From Candidatus Fermentibacteraceae bacterium (lineage in GTDB: Bacteria > Fermentibacterota > Fermentibacteria > Fermentibacterales > JCC-6), in assembly GCA_041750285.1 (NCBI GenBank), contig JBGSZS010000019.1, positions 64,001-128,000 on the forward strand: a stretch of 64,000 bases of DNA. The letters are read 5' to 3'. Of this stretch, positions 29,773-40,561 are shown in pieces. The notes beneath the pieces were generated by a model. It was not told where the DNA came from. It made no database searches and worked only from the letters and a program-made list of their open reading frames with translations. Numbering within the stretch: the first letter of the stretch is position 1; every line of letters begins with the position of its first letter. The position numbers and the translations under genes are program-made.

Positions 29773-31014
29773 ATGTCTTACAATGTCACAACGGATGAGT
29801 CCGGCAGAAAAACCGTCAGTTTTCACATGGATGCCGAAGGGGTGGACAGGCTCTTTCGGGAAGTCAGGCGTGAGATACAGAAGGATATCGTCGTCCCCGG
29901 TTTCAGAAAGGGCAAGATCCCTTCGTCGATCCTGAAGCAGAAGTTTGGAAACCTGATACTCTCCGAAGTGGCTGAAAAGGCTCACCGGGAGATGTCCGAC
30001 GTTCTCTTCGAGGAGAACGACTGGATCCTCTCCGACGCCGAACCCGAGTTCAAGCCCGTTCTTCCCGCGGAAGGCCGTGACTACGATTACGAGGTTACCT
30101 ACACCCTCTTCGAGACCCCGGCGCCCACAGGATTCAGGGGCATTACCATCGCCGTTCCCGCCTTTGACGAGGAAAAGGCCCTCGAGGAAGCCCTTTCAGA
30201 GATCAGGAACCGGTTCGTCTCATTCGAGCACGTGGACCGTGCGGCCGCGGACGGTGACCTCGTAGTCGTCGAATACCCCTCGCGCGAGGCGGGGGAACCC
30301 CGGCGGGCGGCGGTCGTCATAGGCAGGGAGAACATGGGACCGGGTTTCGACGAGCTTCTGCCCGGCCTTTCAGCGGGAGACAGGTTCTCGGCCCGCATGG
30401 ATTTCCCCGGCCTGGAAGAGGAGCCCCCGGCAACTGAGTTCGCAGTCATTGAGGTGAGGGAACCCAAAAACCCCGAACTGAACGACGAATTCGCGAAAAC
30501 CGCGGGCGGATTTGAGAGCATGGAACAACTGAGGCAGAAACTCCGCGAGAACATCAGTGAGAAGCATCAGGCCGAGCGACGTTCCTTCGTGGAGTCCGTT
30601 GCGCTCGACAGCCTGCTCTCGTCCAACGTGTTCGATCCGCCCTCCTTCATGGTGGACAACCTTGCCCGTGACTACTCGAAGCGGCTGGAAGACGGCGAAC
30701 TCACCCCGGAAACCGAGAGGACGATCAGGGAACTGGCCGAGCGAAAAGTCCGCGAATTCCTGATCCTCAGGCAGATAGCGATCGTCGAGGGACTGCCCGT
30801 TTCATCCGATGAGCTGGAAAAGGAGGCCGCGGGAGGTTCGGCTTCCTCGGCGCTCGACAGGCTCCGCAACGAGAGGGCTCTCGAGCTCGTGCTCGCAAGC
30901 GCGGTTGAAACCGTTGCGGAACCTCACGACCCGCAGGCGGATAAACAAGATGAGCCCGGGGCTTCATGGAAATGGGTCGCGGTTTCCGACATTCCGTGCA
31001 AGGAGGATAAGTGA
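29773..31014 (+). CDS. tig: Trigger factor
   Basis: Ribosome-binding motif [19 protein letters not shown]; precedes clpP. Confidence 0.92.
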   Translation: MSYNVTTDESGRKTVSFHMDAEGVDRLFREVRREIQKDIVVPGFRKGKIPSSILKQKFGNLILSEVAEKAHREMSDVLFEENDWILSDAEPEFKPVLPAEGRDYDYEVTYTLFETPAPTGFRGITIAVPAFDEEKALEEALSEIRNRFVSFEHVDRAAADGDLVVVEYPSREAGEPRRAAVVIGRENMGPGFDELLPGLSAGDRFSARMDFPGLEEEPPATEFAVIEVREPKNPELNDEFAKTAGGFESMEQLRQKLRENISEKHQAERRSFVESVALDSLLSSNVFDPPSFMVDNLARDYSKRLEDGELTPETERTIRELAERKVREFLILRQIAIVEGLPVSSDELEKEAAGGSASSALDRLRNERALELVLASAVETVAEPHDPQADKQDEPGASWKWVAVSDIPCKEDK

Positions 31015-31601
31015 TGTCTTCGGTGATTCCCTTCGTCGTGGAGAGGGATGGGAACTACGAACGCTCTTACGACATCTATTCACGGCTGCTGAAAGACCGC
31101 ATAGTCTTCATCGGTGACGTCATCTCTCCCCAGACGGCAGGGCTTGTCGTCGCCCAGCTTCTCTTCCTTGAGGGCCAGGACCCCAAGAAAGACATCAACA
31201 TGTACATCCACAGCCCCGGTGGCTCGGTCTCCGCGGGGCTTGCGATCTTCGACACCATGAGGTTCATCAGGCCCGACATCGCAACCTTCTGCATGGGCAG
31301 CGCAGCCAGCATGTCTTCAGTCCTTCTGGCGGCTGGAGCGAAGGGCAAAAGGAACATCCTCCCGCATGCCAGGGTGATGATCCATCAGCCCACCGGTGGT
31401 GTGCGGGGACAGGCCAGCGACATCGAGATCGAGGCCCGTGAGATACTCAAGATCCGGGAGGAGATGAACCTGATCCTGGCGGAATGCACCGGCCAGCCCG
31501 TCGGGAAGATAGCGCAGGACACCGACAGGAACTTCTGGATGAACGCAGCCGAATCGGTGGAGTACGGGATCGTGGACAACATTCTTGACAAGCGGGTGTG
31601 A
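31014..31601 (+). CDS. clpP: ATP-dependent Clp protease proteolytic subunit
   Basis: [31 protein letters not shown]. Confidence 0.98.
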   Translation: MSSVIPFVVERDGNYERSYDIYSRLLKDRIVFIGDVISPQTAGLVVAQLLFLEGQDPKKDINMYIHSPGGSVSAGLAIFDTMRFIRPDIATFCMGSAASMSSVLLAAGAKGKRNILPHARVMIHQPTGGVRGQASDIEIEAREILKIREEMNLILAECTGQPVGKIAQDTDRNFWMNAAESVEYGIVDNILDKRV

Positions 31602-31604
31602 GTG

Positions 31605-32849
31605 ATGCCGAAAGAGAACCGCTGTTCCTTCTGCAACAGGGCGTCGGGGGAGGTCAGCCAGCTCATCCAGGGGCCGGGTGTCTTCATCTGCGACGACTGC
31701 GTAAGGTACTGCAGCGAGATAATCACGGAAACGCCGGGAAAGCCCGAGGAGAAGTCCGTTCCCGGCCTTTTCCGCAAGGGGCTTCCCTCTCCCCGCGAGA
31801 TAAAGGACCAGCTGGACCAGTACGTCGTGGGCCAGGACAAAGCCAAGAAAGTCCTGTCCGTTGCAGTGTACAACCACTACAAGAAGCTTCTGGCCAAACA
31901 CCAGGGTTCAAGCGAAGTTGAACTCGAGAAGAGCAACATCCTCCTCCTTGGCCCCACCGGGGTCGGCAAGACCCTTCTTGCACGCACGCTCGCCCGGATA
32001 CTCGAGGTCCCTTTCGCCATCGCCGACGCCACGACCCTCACCGAAGCCGGCTATGTGGGGGAGGACGTGGAGAACATCCTGCTCAGGCTGCTTCAGGTCA
32101 CCGACATGAACGTGGAGGAGGCCCAGCACGGGATCATCTACATTGATGAGCTGGACAAGATATCCCGCAAGTCCGAAAACCCCTCCATAACGCGTGACGT
32201 ATCCGGCGAGGGTGTTCAGCAGGCCCTTTTGAAGATCGTGGAGGGAACCGTTGCGGGCGTTCCCCCTCAGGGCGGGAGGAAACATCCCTATCAGGAGAAC
32301 ATCTATGTCGACACCTCCGGGATCCTCTTCATCTGCGGAGGGGCCTTTCACGGGCTGGACAAGATCATCGAATCCCGCATCAGTCACGGAGCCATGGGTT
32401 TCGGAGCCGACATCAAGGCCGACCGTCAGGAGTCATGTTCCCTCGAGATCGTGGAGGCCCACGACCTCGTGCGCTATGGCATCATCCCCGAACTGGTCGG
32501 CAGGCTTCCCGTGGTGGTGACGCTCGAGGACCTCGACGAGGAAGCCCTCGTGAAGGTGCTGACCGAGCCGAAGAACGCCCTCATGAAGCAGTACTCCTAC
32601 CTGTTCAGCCTCGAGGGCCTTGAACTCGAGATCACGCCGGGCGCGCTGAAAGCCATCGCCTTCGAAGCAAGGAAGGCAAAGAGCGGTGCCAGGGGGCTTC
32701 GTTCCATACTCGAAAGGGTCCTTCTGGAACCCATGTACACAATCCCCGACACCAAGGAAAAGTCGGGAACCCTGGTCGTGGACGAGGCGTGCGTCAAGGG
32801 CATGAAGAAACCAAGAATACTGACCCGCAGGGGACGGAAAGCGGTCTGA
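31605..32849 (+). CDS. clpX: ClpX ATPase
   Basis: CSFC..ICDDC zinc finger, [22 protein letters not shown]. Confidence 0.99.
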   Translation: MPKENRCSFCNRASGEVSQLIQGPGVFICDDCVRYCSEIITETPGKPEEKSVPGLFRKGLPSPREIKDQLDQYVVGQDKAKKVLSVAVYNHYKKLLAKHQGSSEVELEKSNILLLGPTGVGKTLLARTLARILEVPFAIADATTLTEAGYVGEDVENILLRLLQVTDMNVEEAQHGIIYIDELDKISRKSENPSITRDVSGEGVQQALLKIVEGTVAGVPPQGGRKHPYQENIYVDTSGILFICGGAFHGLDKIIESRISHGAMGFGADIKADRQESCSLEIVEAHDLVRYGIIPELVGRLPVVVTLEDLDEEALVKVLTEPKNALMKQYSYLFSLEGLELEITPGALKAIAFEARKAKSGARGLRSILERVLLEPMYTIPDTKEKSGTLVVDEACVKGMKKPRILTRRGRKAV

Positions 32850-32850
32850 A

Positions 32851-33420
32851 TTGCCGGGACTTGCGCTCAGCTTTCTCAGGAGCTGCCCTGGAGGAGTGGG
32901 CCTTCCGGAAGACGGCAGGCCGGAAGTGGCCTTCACAGGGCGTTCCAACGTGGGGAAATCGTCGCTGATAAACCGTCTGGCCGGTGGCGCTTCTGTGGCC
33001 CGCACCAGCTCCTCCCCGGGGTGCACAAGGTTCATCAACATCTACGAAAGCAATTTCGGCTACTACGTCGCCGACCTTCCGGGCTACGGATATGCCAGGA
33101 CCCCCGGTGCCGAGAGGTCCCGATGGCTTTCCTGGATGGAGGACTACCTCGGGAAAAGACGTCCTTTGAGGGGCTCGGTGCTTCTCGTGGACTGCAGGCA
33201 TACCGGGATGGAGAGCGACGCCAGGATGGCGGAGTTCCTCAGGGGCTGCGGAAAACCCTACATTGTCGCCCTGACCAAGAGCGACAAACTGGGGGCATCG
33301 AAACTCGCGGAATCCAGAAAGAAAGCCGAGGAACTCGGCCCGGTGATCCCCGTTTCATCGGTTCGCGGCTCGGGGATCAGGGAACTGCTTCGCTGGCTTG
33401 TGCAGGTAACGGCGGATTAG
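32851..33420 (+). CDS. engB: YihA/EngB ribosome-biogenesis GTPase
   Basis: GRSNVGKSSLIN, DLPGYGY, TKSD. Confidence 0.95.
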   Translation: MPGLALSFLRSCPGGVGLPEDGRPEVAFTGRSNVGKSSLINRLAGGASVARTSSSPGCTRFINIYESNFGYYVADLPGYGYARTPGAERSRWLSWMEDYLGKRRPLRGSVLLVDCRHTGMESDARMAEFLRGCGKPYIVALTKSDKLGASKLAESRKKAEELGPVIPVSSVRGSGIRELLRWLVQVTAD

Positions 33421-33428
33421 GGGGGAAA

Positions 33429-34703
33429 ATGCCTGTAAGGATAATTGTGGGGCTTCAGTGGGGAGACGAGGGCAAGGGCAAGATGGTTGATCACCTGGCC
33501 CTTGACGCCTCGGCTGTGGCCAGGTTTTCCGGGGGAGCCAACGCGGGGCATACCGTGGAGACCCCCATGGGAAGGTACGCGCTGCACATGCTGCCCTCGG
33601 GGCTTCTCAGGCAGGGAGTGGCGGGGATGATCGGTTCCGGATGCGTGGTGGATCCCCTGGCCCTGCTCCGGGAGATCCATGACCTCGAGAATTCCGGCAT
33701 TGCCATTGCGGACAGGCTTCTGGTGAGTGGAAAGGTTCATCTGGTACACCCCGCCGCCCGGGTTTCCGAAGCCTTCTCCGAAACCGGTGTTGACCACAGG
33801 ATCGGCACCACCGGGAGGGGGATCGGACCAACGTATGTCGAAAAGTTCCGCCGCAGGGGCATCAGACTGGAGGACATATCGCTTCCCGGGCAGTTCACCG
33901 CCAGGTGCCGGGAGAAGGCGGATCAGTGCGTGCAGGAGTTCGGGCTCGACGGCGCGGCGCGTGAAGCCCTTCTGAGCGATACCGATGCCTTCATCGAAGC
34001 ATCGCTTTCAATGGCGCGGTATGTGGGGGATGTTTCGTACACCATATCCCGGATACTGGAGGAGAACGGCACGGTCATAGCCGAAGGCGCCCAGGGCACC
34101 CTTCTCGATCCCGATCATGGCACGTACCCCTATGTGACGTGCGGCCAGTGCGTGAGCGGAGCCGCCTGCACAAGCCTCGGCTTCGGCCCGAACCGCGTCG
34201 GAGATGTCGTTGGGATACTGAAAGCCTACTCCACGCGTGTCGGGGAAGGGCCGTTTCCCACCGAACAGGTCAATGAGACCGGCGAGAGGATAAGGAAGGC
34301 GGGGAACGAGTACGGCACGACCACCGGGCGCCCCAGAAGGTGCGGCTGGTCCGACGGCGTCCTGGCCCGGTACGCAGCGCGCCTCAACGGATGCGACTGG
34401 ATAACCCTGACGCTGCTCGATGTCCTGTCGGGCTTCGACGAGCTCAAGGTCTGCACCAGGTACGAACTCGATCCCGAGCAGGACCTTGCCCTTTTCGAAA
34501 CCGGGGTGAGGCTTGGTTCCCACATCCCCGTCTACGAGACCCTTCCGGGCTGGAAGGAGGACATTCGCGGCGAGACCCGCTGGGATGCCCTTCCCATGAA
34601 CGCCAGGCGGTACGTCGAAGCCCTCGAGAAACTGGCCGGAGCTCCGATCAGGGCCATTTCCACCGGCCCCGACCGTGACCACCTGATCCGGCGGGACACC
34701 TGA
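33429..34703 (+). CDS. purA: Adenylosuccinate synthetase
   Basis: QWGDEGKGK, GANAGHT, EGAQG, TTGRPRRCGW. Confidence 0.98.
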   Translation: MPVRIIVGLQWGDEGKGKMVDHLALDASAVARFSGGANAGHTVETPMGRYALHMLPSGLLRQGVAGMIGSGCVVDPLALLREIHDLENSGIAIADRLLVSGKVHLVHPAARVSEAFSETGVDHRIGTTGRGIGPTYVEKFRRRGIRLEDISLPGQFTARCREKADQCVQEFGLDGAAREALLSDTDAFIEASLSMARYVGDVSYTISRILEENGTVIAEGAQGTLLDPDHGTYPYVTCGQCVSGAACTSLGFGPNRVGDVVGILKAYSTRVGEGPFPTEQVNETGERIRKAGNEYGTTTGRPRRCGWSDGVLARYAARLNGCDWITLTLLDVLSGFDELKVCTRYELDPEQDLALFETGVRLGSHIPVYETLPGWKEDIRGETRWDALPMNARRYVEALEKLAGAPIRAISTGPDRDHLIRRDT

Positions 34704-34705
34704 GG

Positions 34706-36082
34706 GTGAACCGTTCCCATTGGCCCGGACTGCTCTTCGACACCCATTGTCACCTTCACTTCGATGATTTCCGCAGTGACCTCGAAACGGTTGTCACCAG
34801 CGCATTCGATGCGGGAGTCCGGGGAATTCTGGTCCCCTCGGTCGACCTGGAATCCAGCGTCCGCTCAAGCTCCATAGCAGGGAGTTACGGTCTTTGGTCC
34901 GCCGCGGGGTTTCACCCGAACCATCTCGAGGAAGCATCCGAAAGTGCTTTCAGGGAGGTTGCGGCGCTGTCCCTGCTTCCGCAGGCCGCGGCGGTGGGTG
35001 AGACGGGTCTCGACTTCTACCGAGACAGGTTTCCCCGCGATTTCCAGACCCGATGGTTTCAGAAGCACATCGATCTTTCCAGAGACCTTGCAATGCCCCT
35101 TGTCGTTCACTCAAGGGGAGCTGAAGGGGCTGTTCTTGACGTTCTTCCCGACGACCCGGGCGTTCCCGTCATCCTGCACAGCTGGTGCGGTTCGGCCGAA
35201 GCCACTTCACGGGCGGTGAAGAGGGGCTTTTACTTCGGCCTGACCGGAGCGGTCACCTACCGGAAAAGCGAGACCGCCCGGAATCTCGGGCTCATTCCCC
35301 GGGAGATGGTCCTGGTCGAGACTGACGCCCCCTTCCTTCCCCCGGTACCCCATCGGGGAGGAAGGAATGAACCCGCGCTCTCAACCCTGACTGCGGCATG
35401 GATCGCCCGGGAATGGAAGCAGTCTTTTGCCGGGGCTTTCTCCATCCTCTGGGAAAACTCCCTGCGCGCTTTCCGCCTTCATCCCGGGAACCGGAGGACC
35501 CATCTCGTCTATCCCATGGGGGGTAATCTCTACGTCAACCTCACGGGAATGTGCAGCGCGACATGCGTGTTCTGCATCAGGAACCGTCAGGACGGCATCG
35601 GGGGATACAACCTGAGACATCGGAGCGAGCCTTCGCGGGAGGCCGTGCTGTCGGCGCTTTCCGTTGCCGACCCGTGCGGATACGACGAGGTCGTTTTCTG
35701 CGGTTACGGTGAACCGACCATGCGGCCCGACCTCCTCCGCGAGTCCGCGGAACAGGTTCGGTCATCGGGGGGCAGGACCCGACTGAACACGAACGGGCTC
35801 TGCCTTGGACACATGACCCTGCCGGAAACCGAAGCCATGCTGGGACTCTTCGACAGGGTCAGTGTAAGCCTGAACGCATCGGGAGCGGCGGAGTACGCAA
35901 GGGTGTGCCCCGGAGCATCCGCCGCCGGCTGGGATGACCTGATGGGGTTCATCAGGATCGTGAAAAGGCTTGCGATCCCAGCCGTGCTGACCGCCGTCGA
36001 GGGGTCGGGGGCGGACATTCCGAAGGTGAGGGCGCTTGCAGAGAGGCTGGAACTGCCCGTCCTGATCAGGGAGGGGCAGTGA
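34706..36082 (+). CDS. TatD-family nuclease fused to a TatD-associated radical SAM domain
   Basis: DTHCHL, GETGLD, VHSR, ETDAP in the N-terminal part; CSATCVFC (CxxxCxxC), FCGYGEP, NTNG in the C-terminal part; one continuous ORF. Confidence 0.9.
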   Translation: MNRSHWPGLLFDTHCHLHFDDFRSDLETVVTSAFDAGVRGILVPSVDLESSVRSSSIAGSYGLWSAAGFHPNHLEEASESAFREVAALSLLPQAAAVGETGLDFYRDRFPRDFQTRWFQKHIDLSRDLAMPLVVHSRGAEGAVLDVLPDDPGVPVILHSWCGSAEATSRAVKRGFYFGLTGAVTYRKSETARNLGLIPREMVLVETDAPFLPPVPHRGGRNEPALSTLTAAWIAREWKQSFAGAFSILWENSLRAFRLHPGNRRTHLVYPMGGNLYVNLTGMCSATCVFCIRNRQDGIGGYNLRHRSEPSREAVLSALSVADPCGYDEVVFCGYGEPTMRPDLLRESAEQVRSSGGRTRLNTNGLCLGHMTLPETEAMLGLFDRVSVSLNASGAAEYARVCPGASAAGWDDLMGFIRIVKRLAIPAVLTAVEGSGADIPKVRALAERLELPVLIREGQ

Positions 36083-36894
36083 ACACCGCCGCCACCCGCG
36101 AGACACTGAACGCTCTTGGTATTGTCCCCGACAAGGGGCTGGGACAGAACTTTCTGGTGAACCCGCTTCTTGCCCGGAGGATAGCCGCCTCGCTGGGCGA
36201 GCCGGACGGGCCGGTCCTTGAGATCGGCCCGGGTCTGGGAGCCCTGACCGAAGCCCTTATGGCCAGGGGTCTCTCGGTGACGGCTCTGGAGATATCCCAG
36301 GCCATGAGCCTCAGGCTAAGGGAACGCATGCCGGAACTCAGAGTCGTTCAGCAGGACTTTCTGAAGGCGGTTCCAGAAGAACTGCCGGGCCACCCCTTTG
36401 CCGCGGTGGCGTCGAACCTTCCCTACAGCATATCCACACCGGCTGTGGTAAGGCTTTGTGAACCGGGTTTCCAGTCGGTCTCCCGTGCCGTTCTGATGCT
36501 TCAGAGGGAGGTGGCCGTGAGGCTCGAGTGCACGACGGGGGGGAGGGAGTACGGGCGGCTCGCCCTGGCGGTCTGGCCGCACTACAGCGTGACGATGCTG
36601 TTCGAGGCCGGTCCATGGGAATTCTATCCCCGGCCCGAGGTTGAATCGACTGTGGTGCTTCTGGAGAGGAAGACAACCCCACCCCTCTCCCCGCAGCTTT
36701 ATCCAAGGTTCGTCGAAGTCGTGAAGGCAGCCTTTTCATCCCGAAGGAAGAAGATCGTGAACAACCTTTCCAGGGTCTATGGAAAGGACCGGGCGTTGGC
36801 TATACTTGACAGGGTGGGGGTTTCCCCCGACCTCAGGGCGGAAAGGGTGCCGCCCGGGAGTTTCGCCGGCATCGCCGAGGAGATTGGTCCATGA
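36079..36894 (+). CDS. rsmA: 16S rRNA m6(2)A dimethyltransferase
   Basis: LGQNFL, LEIGPGLGALT, NLPYSIS, MLQREVA, RAE. Confidence 0.96.
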   Translation: MNTAATRETLNALGIVPDKGLGQNFLVNPLLARRIAASLGEPDGPVLEIGPGLGALTEALMARGLSVTALEISQAMSLRLRERMPELRVVQQDFLKAVPEELPGHPFAAVASNLPYSISTPAVVRLCEPGFQSVSRAVLMLQREVAVRLECTTGGREYGRLALAVWPHYSVTMLFEAGPWEFYPRPEVESTVVLLERKTTPPLSPQLYPRFVEVVKAAFSSRRKKIVNNLSRVYGKDRALAILDRVGVSPDLRAERVPPGSFAGIAEEIGP

Positions 36895-38696
36895 AGAACT
36901 GCATTCCCGTGATCCTCATCTTCGCATGTCTGCTCGGGGCATGGGACGCCAACTACAACCTCGGCCTGGATCAGGGGAGGGTCGAGACGACCCTTACCAA
37001 CTCCCTCACGTTCTCGCAGGAGCTTTCCCGACACCTGAGCCTGAACGGGGCCACCTCCTTCCAGGGGCTGCGGAACTGGGGCCAGGGAAGATTCTGCGAT
37101 TCGCGCAGCGGGAGGGGCTGGCTGAGCTGGAGGCCCAGGGGTGGGATGGAACTTGCAACCACGATCACAAGGTCCATCGTCGTCGACAAGACAAAGGGTG
37201 TGTTCACGCAGGACAAGGTGGCGGACAACGCCATCGGGTCACTCAGATACGCCCCTTCGGACTGGCTTTCAATGACCATGCAGGCCGGCCTTCACACCGA
37301 GGACTCGTGGAACGCATCCCACGACACGCTGACTGCGAATGACGGCACGCTCTACGACATGAGCGCCACGGTAAACCGCAGGTTGTTCCGGGTCATCAGC
37401 ACCAATTTCAGCGTCGCCGAAGCCAGGGCGTTCGGCAACGTATCCGACAACGGACGCGACAACATCTCCGCAAGGGTGGGCTACAACTTCCCCGATTCCT
37501 GGAACGGCGGAAGCTTCAACGCGGAGATCGGCGCCAACAGGAACTTCCTCAAGCACTACGATGACGAGTACAGGAAAAAGGGCGACGAGTGGAACCACTC
37601 CGAGAGCCTGGTCCTGCCCGAACTTATCCACGGCATCTTCATGGAAATGAGCGGCCAGTGGACCTACGACACCACGCTGTATACCGATCTTGACCCCGAC
37701 TCCGCGCAGGAAGGCGACCGCCGCGACAAGCTCACCAACGGAAGACGGATCGGCTGCACGATGGTGTGGGAGATGATGGATGACCTCGACCTCGACATAA
37801 GCGTATCGAGAGCCCTCGAGGATGAGGACTACAAGGTGCAGATCACCGGAGTCGAGGACCTCTTCGATGTTTCGAGGAAGACCGACGACCGGCTTCTCTC
37901 CTTCAGGCTCGTGTACACGCCGGGTTCGAGCAATGTAACCTTCCACAGGGTTGTCAACCTTTACAGGAAGGATACCTGGGGGACATGGGAAGACAGTTTC
38001 GGCAACATCTACCAGGATGACACGGACAGCGACGAACTCCGCGAGCTTCTGGGGATCACCGCCAGAATTCCCGTGAACGACTGGTTCACACTGAAGGGCG
38101 AGATGCAGGGCCAACGCCGCGAGACCATCTTCCTCATGGCAGCCATGTCGGGCCAGAGCAGCCGAAGCTCCACGTACAGCGTACGCCCCGGGTACGAATG
38201 CAATGTGGGCAGCGGCTGGAAGGTCGACCATGCGGTAAAGCTCAGCGCGGACTACACGACCTACTTCTTCCCCGAGTACGCCAGCGGGGGCAACAGGCTC
38301 AGCCGCAGGCTCGACTCGTTCTTCACCTTCGACCGTGTGAGCAGTGACAGCACGGTTCTCGGGATCGGACACACATTCTCCTTCAGGGATCAGGGACGGT
38401 ATCAGAACAGGCTGTTCTCGAGAACCTACGAAGCCGTGAACTCGCGGCTCACGTTCAACCTGGGGTTCCACGTATCGGCAAAGGTGGGGATAACCCCCAG
38501 CTACGGTTGGGAATACGTGTGGAGCAACCGCCTCGACCAGGGCATCAGCACCGACGAGCACATCCATCACGTGGGCATCAGAAGCGTGATAACGATCCTT
38601 GGGGGAGTGTTGTCGACCAACATCACCCGGACGTTCCGGATGTCCGGTGATCCGAGCTACTGGCATGCCAGCATGAACTTCAACTACCTTCTCTAG
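36891..38696 (+). CDS. Hypothetical exported protein, probable outer-membrane beta-barrel
   Basis: Signal peptide, alternating polar/aromatic strands throughout, C-terminus WHASMNFNYLL. Confidence 0.65.
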   Translation: MKNCIPVILIFACLLGAWDANYNLGLDQGRVETTLTNSLTFSQELSRHLSLNGATSFQGLRNWGQGRFCDSRSGRGWLSWRPRGGMELATTITRSIVVDKTKGVFTQDKVADNAIGSLRYAPSDWLSMTMQAGLHTEDSWNASHDTLTANDGTLYDMSATVNRRLFRVISTNFSVAEARAFGNVSDNGRDNISARVGYNFPDSWNGGSFNAEIGANRNFLKHYDDEYRKKGDEWNHSESLVLPELIHGIFMEMSGQWTYDTTLYTDLDPDSAQEGDRRDKLTNGRRIGCTMVWEMMDDLDLDISVSRALEDEDYKVQITGVEDLFDVSRKTDDRLLSFRLVYTPGSSNVTFHRVVNLYRKDTWGTWEDSFGNIYQDDTDSDELRELLGITARIPVNDWFTLKGEMQGQRRETIFLMAAMSGQSSRSSTYSVRPGYECNVGSGWKVDHAVKLSADYTTYFFPEYASGGNRLSRRLDSFFTFDRVSSDSTVLGIGHTFSFRDQGRYQNRLFSRTYEAVNSRLTFNLGFHVSAKVGITPSYGWEYVWSNRLDQGISTDEHIHHVGIRSVITILGGVLSTNITRTFRMSGDPSYWHASMNFNYLL

Positions 38697-38706
38697 GGGG
38701 CATGAG

Positions 38707-39318
38707 ATGAAAGCCATTCTGCTGACAGTCCTTGTGATGCTTTCGGCGTGCAGCGTCTTCGAGCCCCGGGAACCAGAAGATCCCGATCCCAACCCGCCCG
38801 TGGTGTGGCAGACCCCCACGCAGCCCTCGATAGTCATCAGCAACCTTCAGAACTCGCTCAACGGTCTTTCGTTGGGATACTACAACTCGTGCTTCCACGA
38901 TGACTTCGTTTTCACCGCCGATCCGCTGGACGTATCGGACCCCGGCTTCCAGGGCCTTGATTTCTCGGACTGGACGAAAGACGTGGAATCTCAGACGGTA
39001 TCCTCCATCATCTACCAGGCCCAGGCATCAGGTGCCCCGTCGGACAGCCTGTCACAGGCCTATTTCAACACCGATGCCCAGCACCCCGACCCTTCCGTGC
39101 CCTACGACAGCGTGACCATCTACCGCGACTACTACATCGTCGCTGCGGGTACCCTGGGCTGCGGATGGGATCGCGCCGCCATGGGAAGTGCATGGATAAC
39201 CCTGGTTGCCGACGAGTTCGGACTGTGGAGCATCAGGGACTGGGACGACATCAGGGTGCCCTACTACACCGGCGATCACTATACCTGGGGCGTCGCGAAG
39301 GCCCTCTACCGGCGGTGA
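38707..39318 (+). CDS. Hypothetical lipoprotein
   Basis: Lipobox LSAC followed by a Pro-rich tether. Confidence 0.75.
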   Translation: MKAILLTVLVMLSACSVFEPREPEDPDPNPPVVWQTPTQPSIVISNLQNSLNGLSLGYYNSCFHDDFVFTADPLDVSDPGFQGLDFSDWTKDVESQTVSSIIYQAQASGAPSDSLSQAYFNTDAQHPDPSVPYDSVTIYRDYYIVAAGTLGCGWDRAAMGSAWITLVADEFGLWSIRDWDDIRVPYYTGDHYTWGVAKALYRR

Positions 39319-39839
39319 CGACCACTGATTCGGTGATCCTGGCCAACGAGGCCTCCGCGGCCTGTCCGGGAGGACTGGCATTCGATCTGGGCACTGGGAC
39401 GGGCGAGGTCCCCAGACTGGTCTCCGAAACGAACAGGTCTCTGCTGTGGATCGGGATCGACACCTGTCCCGATTCACTGCGTCTTTCCCGGGATGCAGTG
39501 CTGCCGGTTCTCGCGGGAGTCGGGCAGGTGCCCGCACTCTTTCCGATGGGGATCGCAGACCTTGTCACGGCAAATCCACCCTATTTCGTGAGCGGGTCGG
39601 GAAGGCCCTGCCCCGACCCCGCGAGAGAGCGTGCAAGGCGGGGCGGCCCTCTTCTGCTCTACATGTTCGTTTTTGCCGCCGCGCACCTTCTGAAACCCGG
39701 CGGGGTTTTCCTTCTTACCTTCCGCTGGGGAGCCGGGCGTGACGTGGAAACGGCTGTCAGAGCCTCGGGAATCAGGTTGAGCCGGATCGCGCGCCACGGC
39801 AGGACGGGCCTTCTGTCGGGGTTGGGAAGGCCGGCATGA
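39315..39839 (+). CDS. SAM-dependent N6-adenine-type methyltransferase (tRNA1(Val) A37 family-like, short)
   Basis: DSVILA, DLGTGTG, ANPPYF, LLKPGG. GTGA overlap. Confidence 0.75.
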   Translation: MTTTDSVILANEASAACPGGLAFDLGTGTGEVPRLVSETNRSLLWIGIDTCPDSLRLSRDAVLPVLAGVGQVPALFPMGIADLVTANPPYFVSGSGRPCPDPARERARRGGPLLLYMFVFAAAHLLKPGGVFLLTFRWGAGRDVETAVRASGIRLSRIARHGRTGLLSGLGRPA

Positions 39840-40561
39840 ACCCGCCCTGCTACGATCTGCACACGCACGTCGTTCCCGGAGTGGATGACGGGCCGGTGAC
39901 TCCCGGCGAGGCTCTGCGGATCGTCGAGAAAATGCGGAAGGCAATGCCCGAAGGCTCAGTCATAGCGGCCACTTCGCATTTCTCGACGAACATGACCCAT
40001 CTCGCGGCCCGGTCCAGGGCCGACAGGTCGTGCCGCTTCGCCGAAAGGGCTTCGGACGACAGGCTTCTGATAATATCCGCCGGGGAGCTGCTTCTCGGAA
40101 TGAGAAAGTCAGATATTCACCGGCTGATACCGTACCCCGGAACCCGCACGGTCCTTGTGGAGTTCACCCAGGGAGTCTTCTGGTTCAGTGTGCTGCGCCG
40201 TATCGCAAGGCTCTTCAAATCGGGCTACAGACCACTTCTTGCGCATGCCGAGCGCTACAAGTGGGCCACCGCTGCCAGGCTGAGACTTCTGGCGGGGATG
40301 GGGACCGGCATCAGCATGAGCATGCGATCACTCACTGTCCCGGCATACGTGAAAAGGGCAGAGTGGATAATCGGGTCGGGGATGTGCCACATAGTGACAA
40401 GCGACTGCCACAGCGACCGTGACATGATCCTCGACGACAGCGCACGGGAAATGGTTGAAAGGCTCCGCCCCGGAAGCTGGAAGACACTTTCGGAGGAGAA
40501 CCCCAGGATCATCCTTGAGGACGGTTCGCTTCCGCCGCCGGAAGGGATGGAACGTGGCTGA
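39836..40561 (+). CDS. CpsB/CapC-type PHP tyrosine phosphatase
   Basis: DLHTHVVPGVDDG, ATSH, AHAERY, SDCH, NPR. Confidence 0.82.
   Translation: MNPPCYDLHTHVVPGVDDGPVTPGEALRIVEKMRKAMPEGSVIAATSHFSTNMTHLAARSRADRSCRFAERASDDRLLIISAGELLLGMRKSDIHRLIPYPGTRTVLVEFTQGVFWFSVLRRIARLFKSGYRPLLAHAERYKWATAARLRLLAGMGTGISMSMRSLTVPAYVKRAEWIIGSGMCHIVTSDCHSDRDMILDDSAREMVERLRPGSWKTLSEENPRIILEDGSLPPPEGMERG

Noticed and set aside
33021..33428. Apparent N-terminal extensions or fusions in track ORFs (purA, also adk, rplR, rpsS, 54341, 47448)
   Set aside because: The extensions overlap the upstream genes in another frame. Real starts sit at the conserved N-termini.
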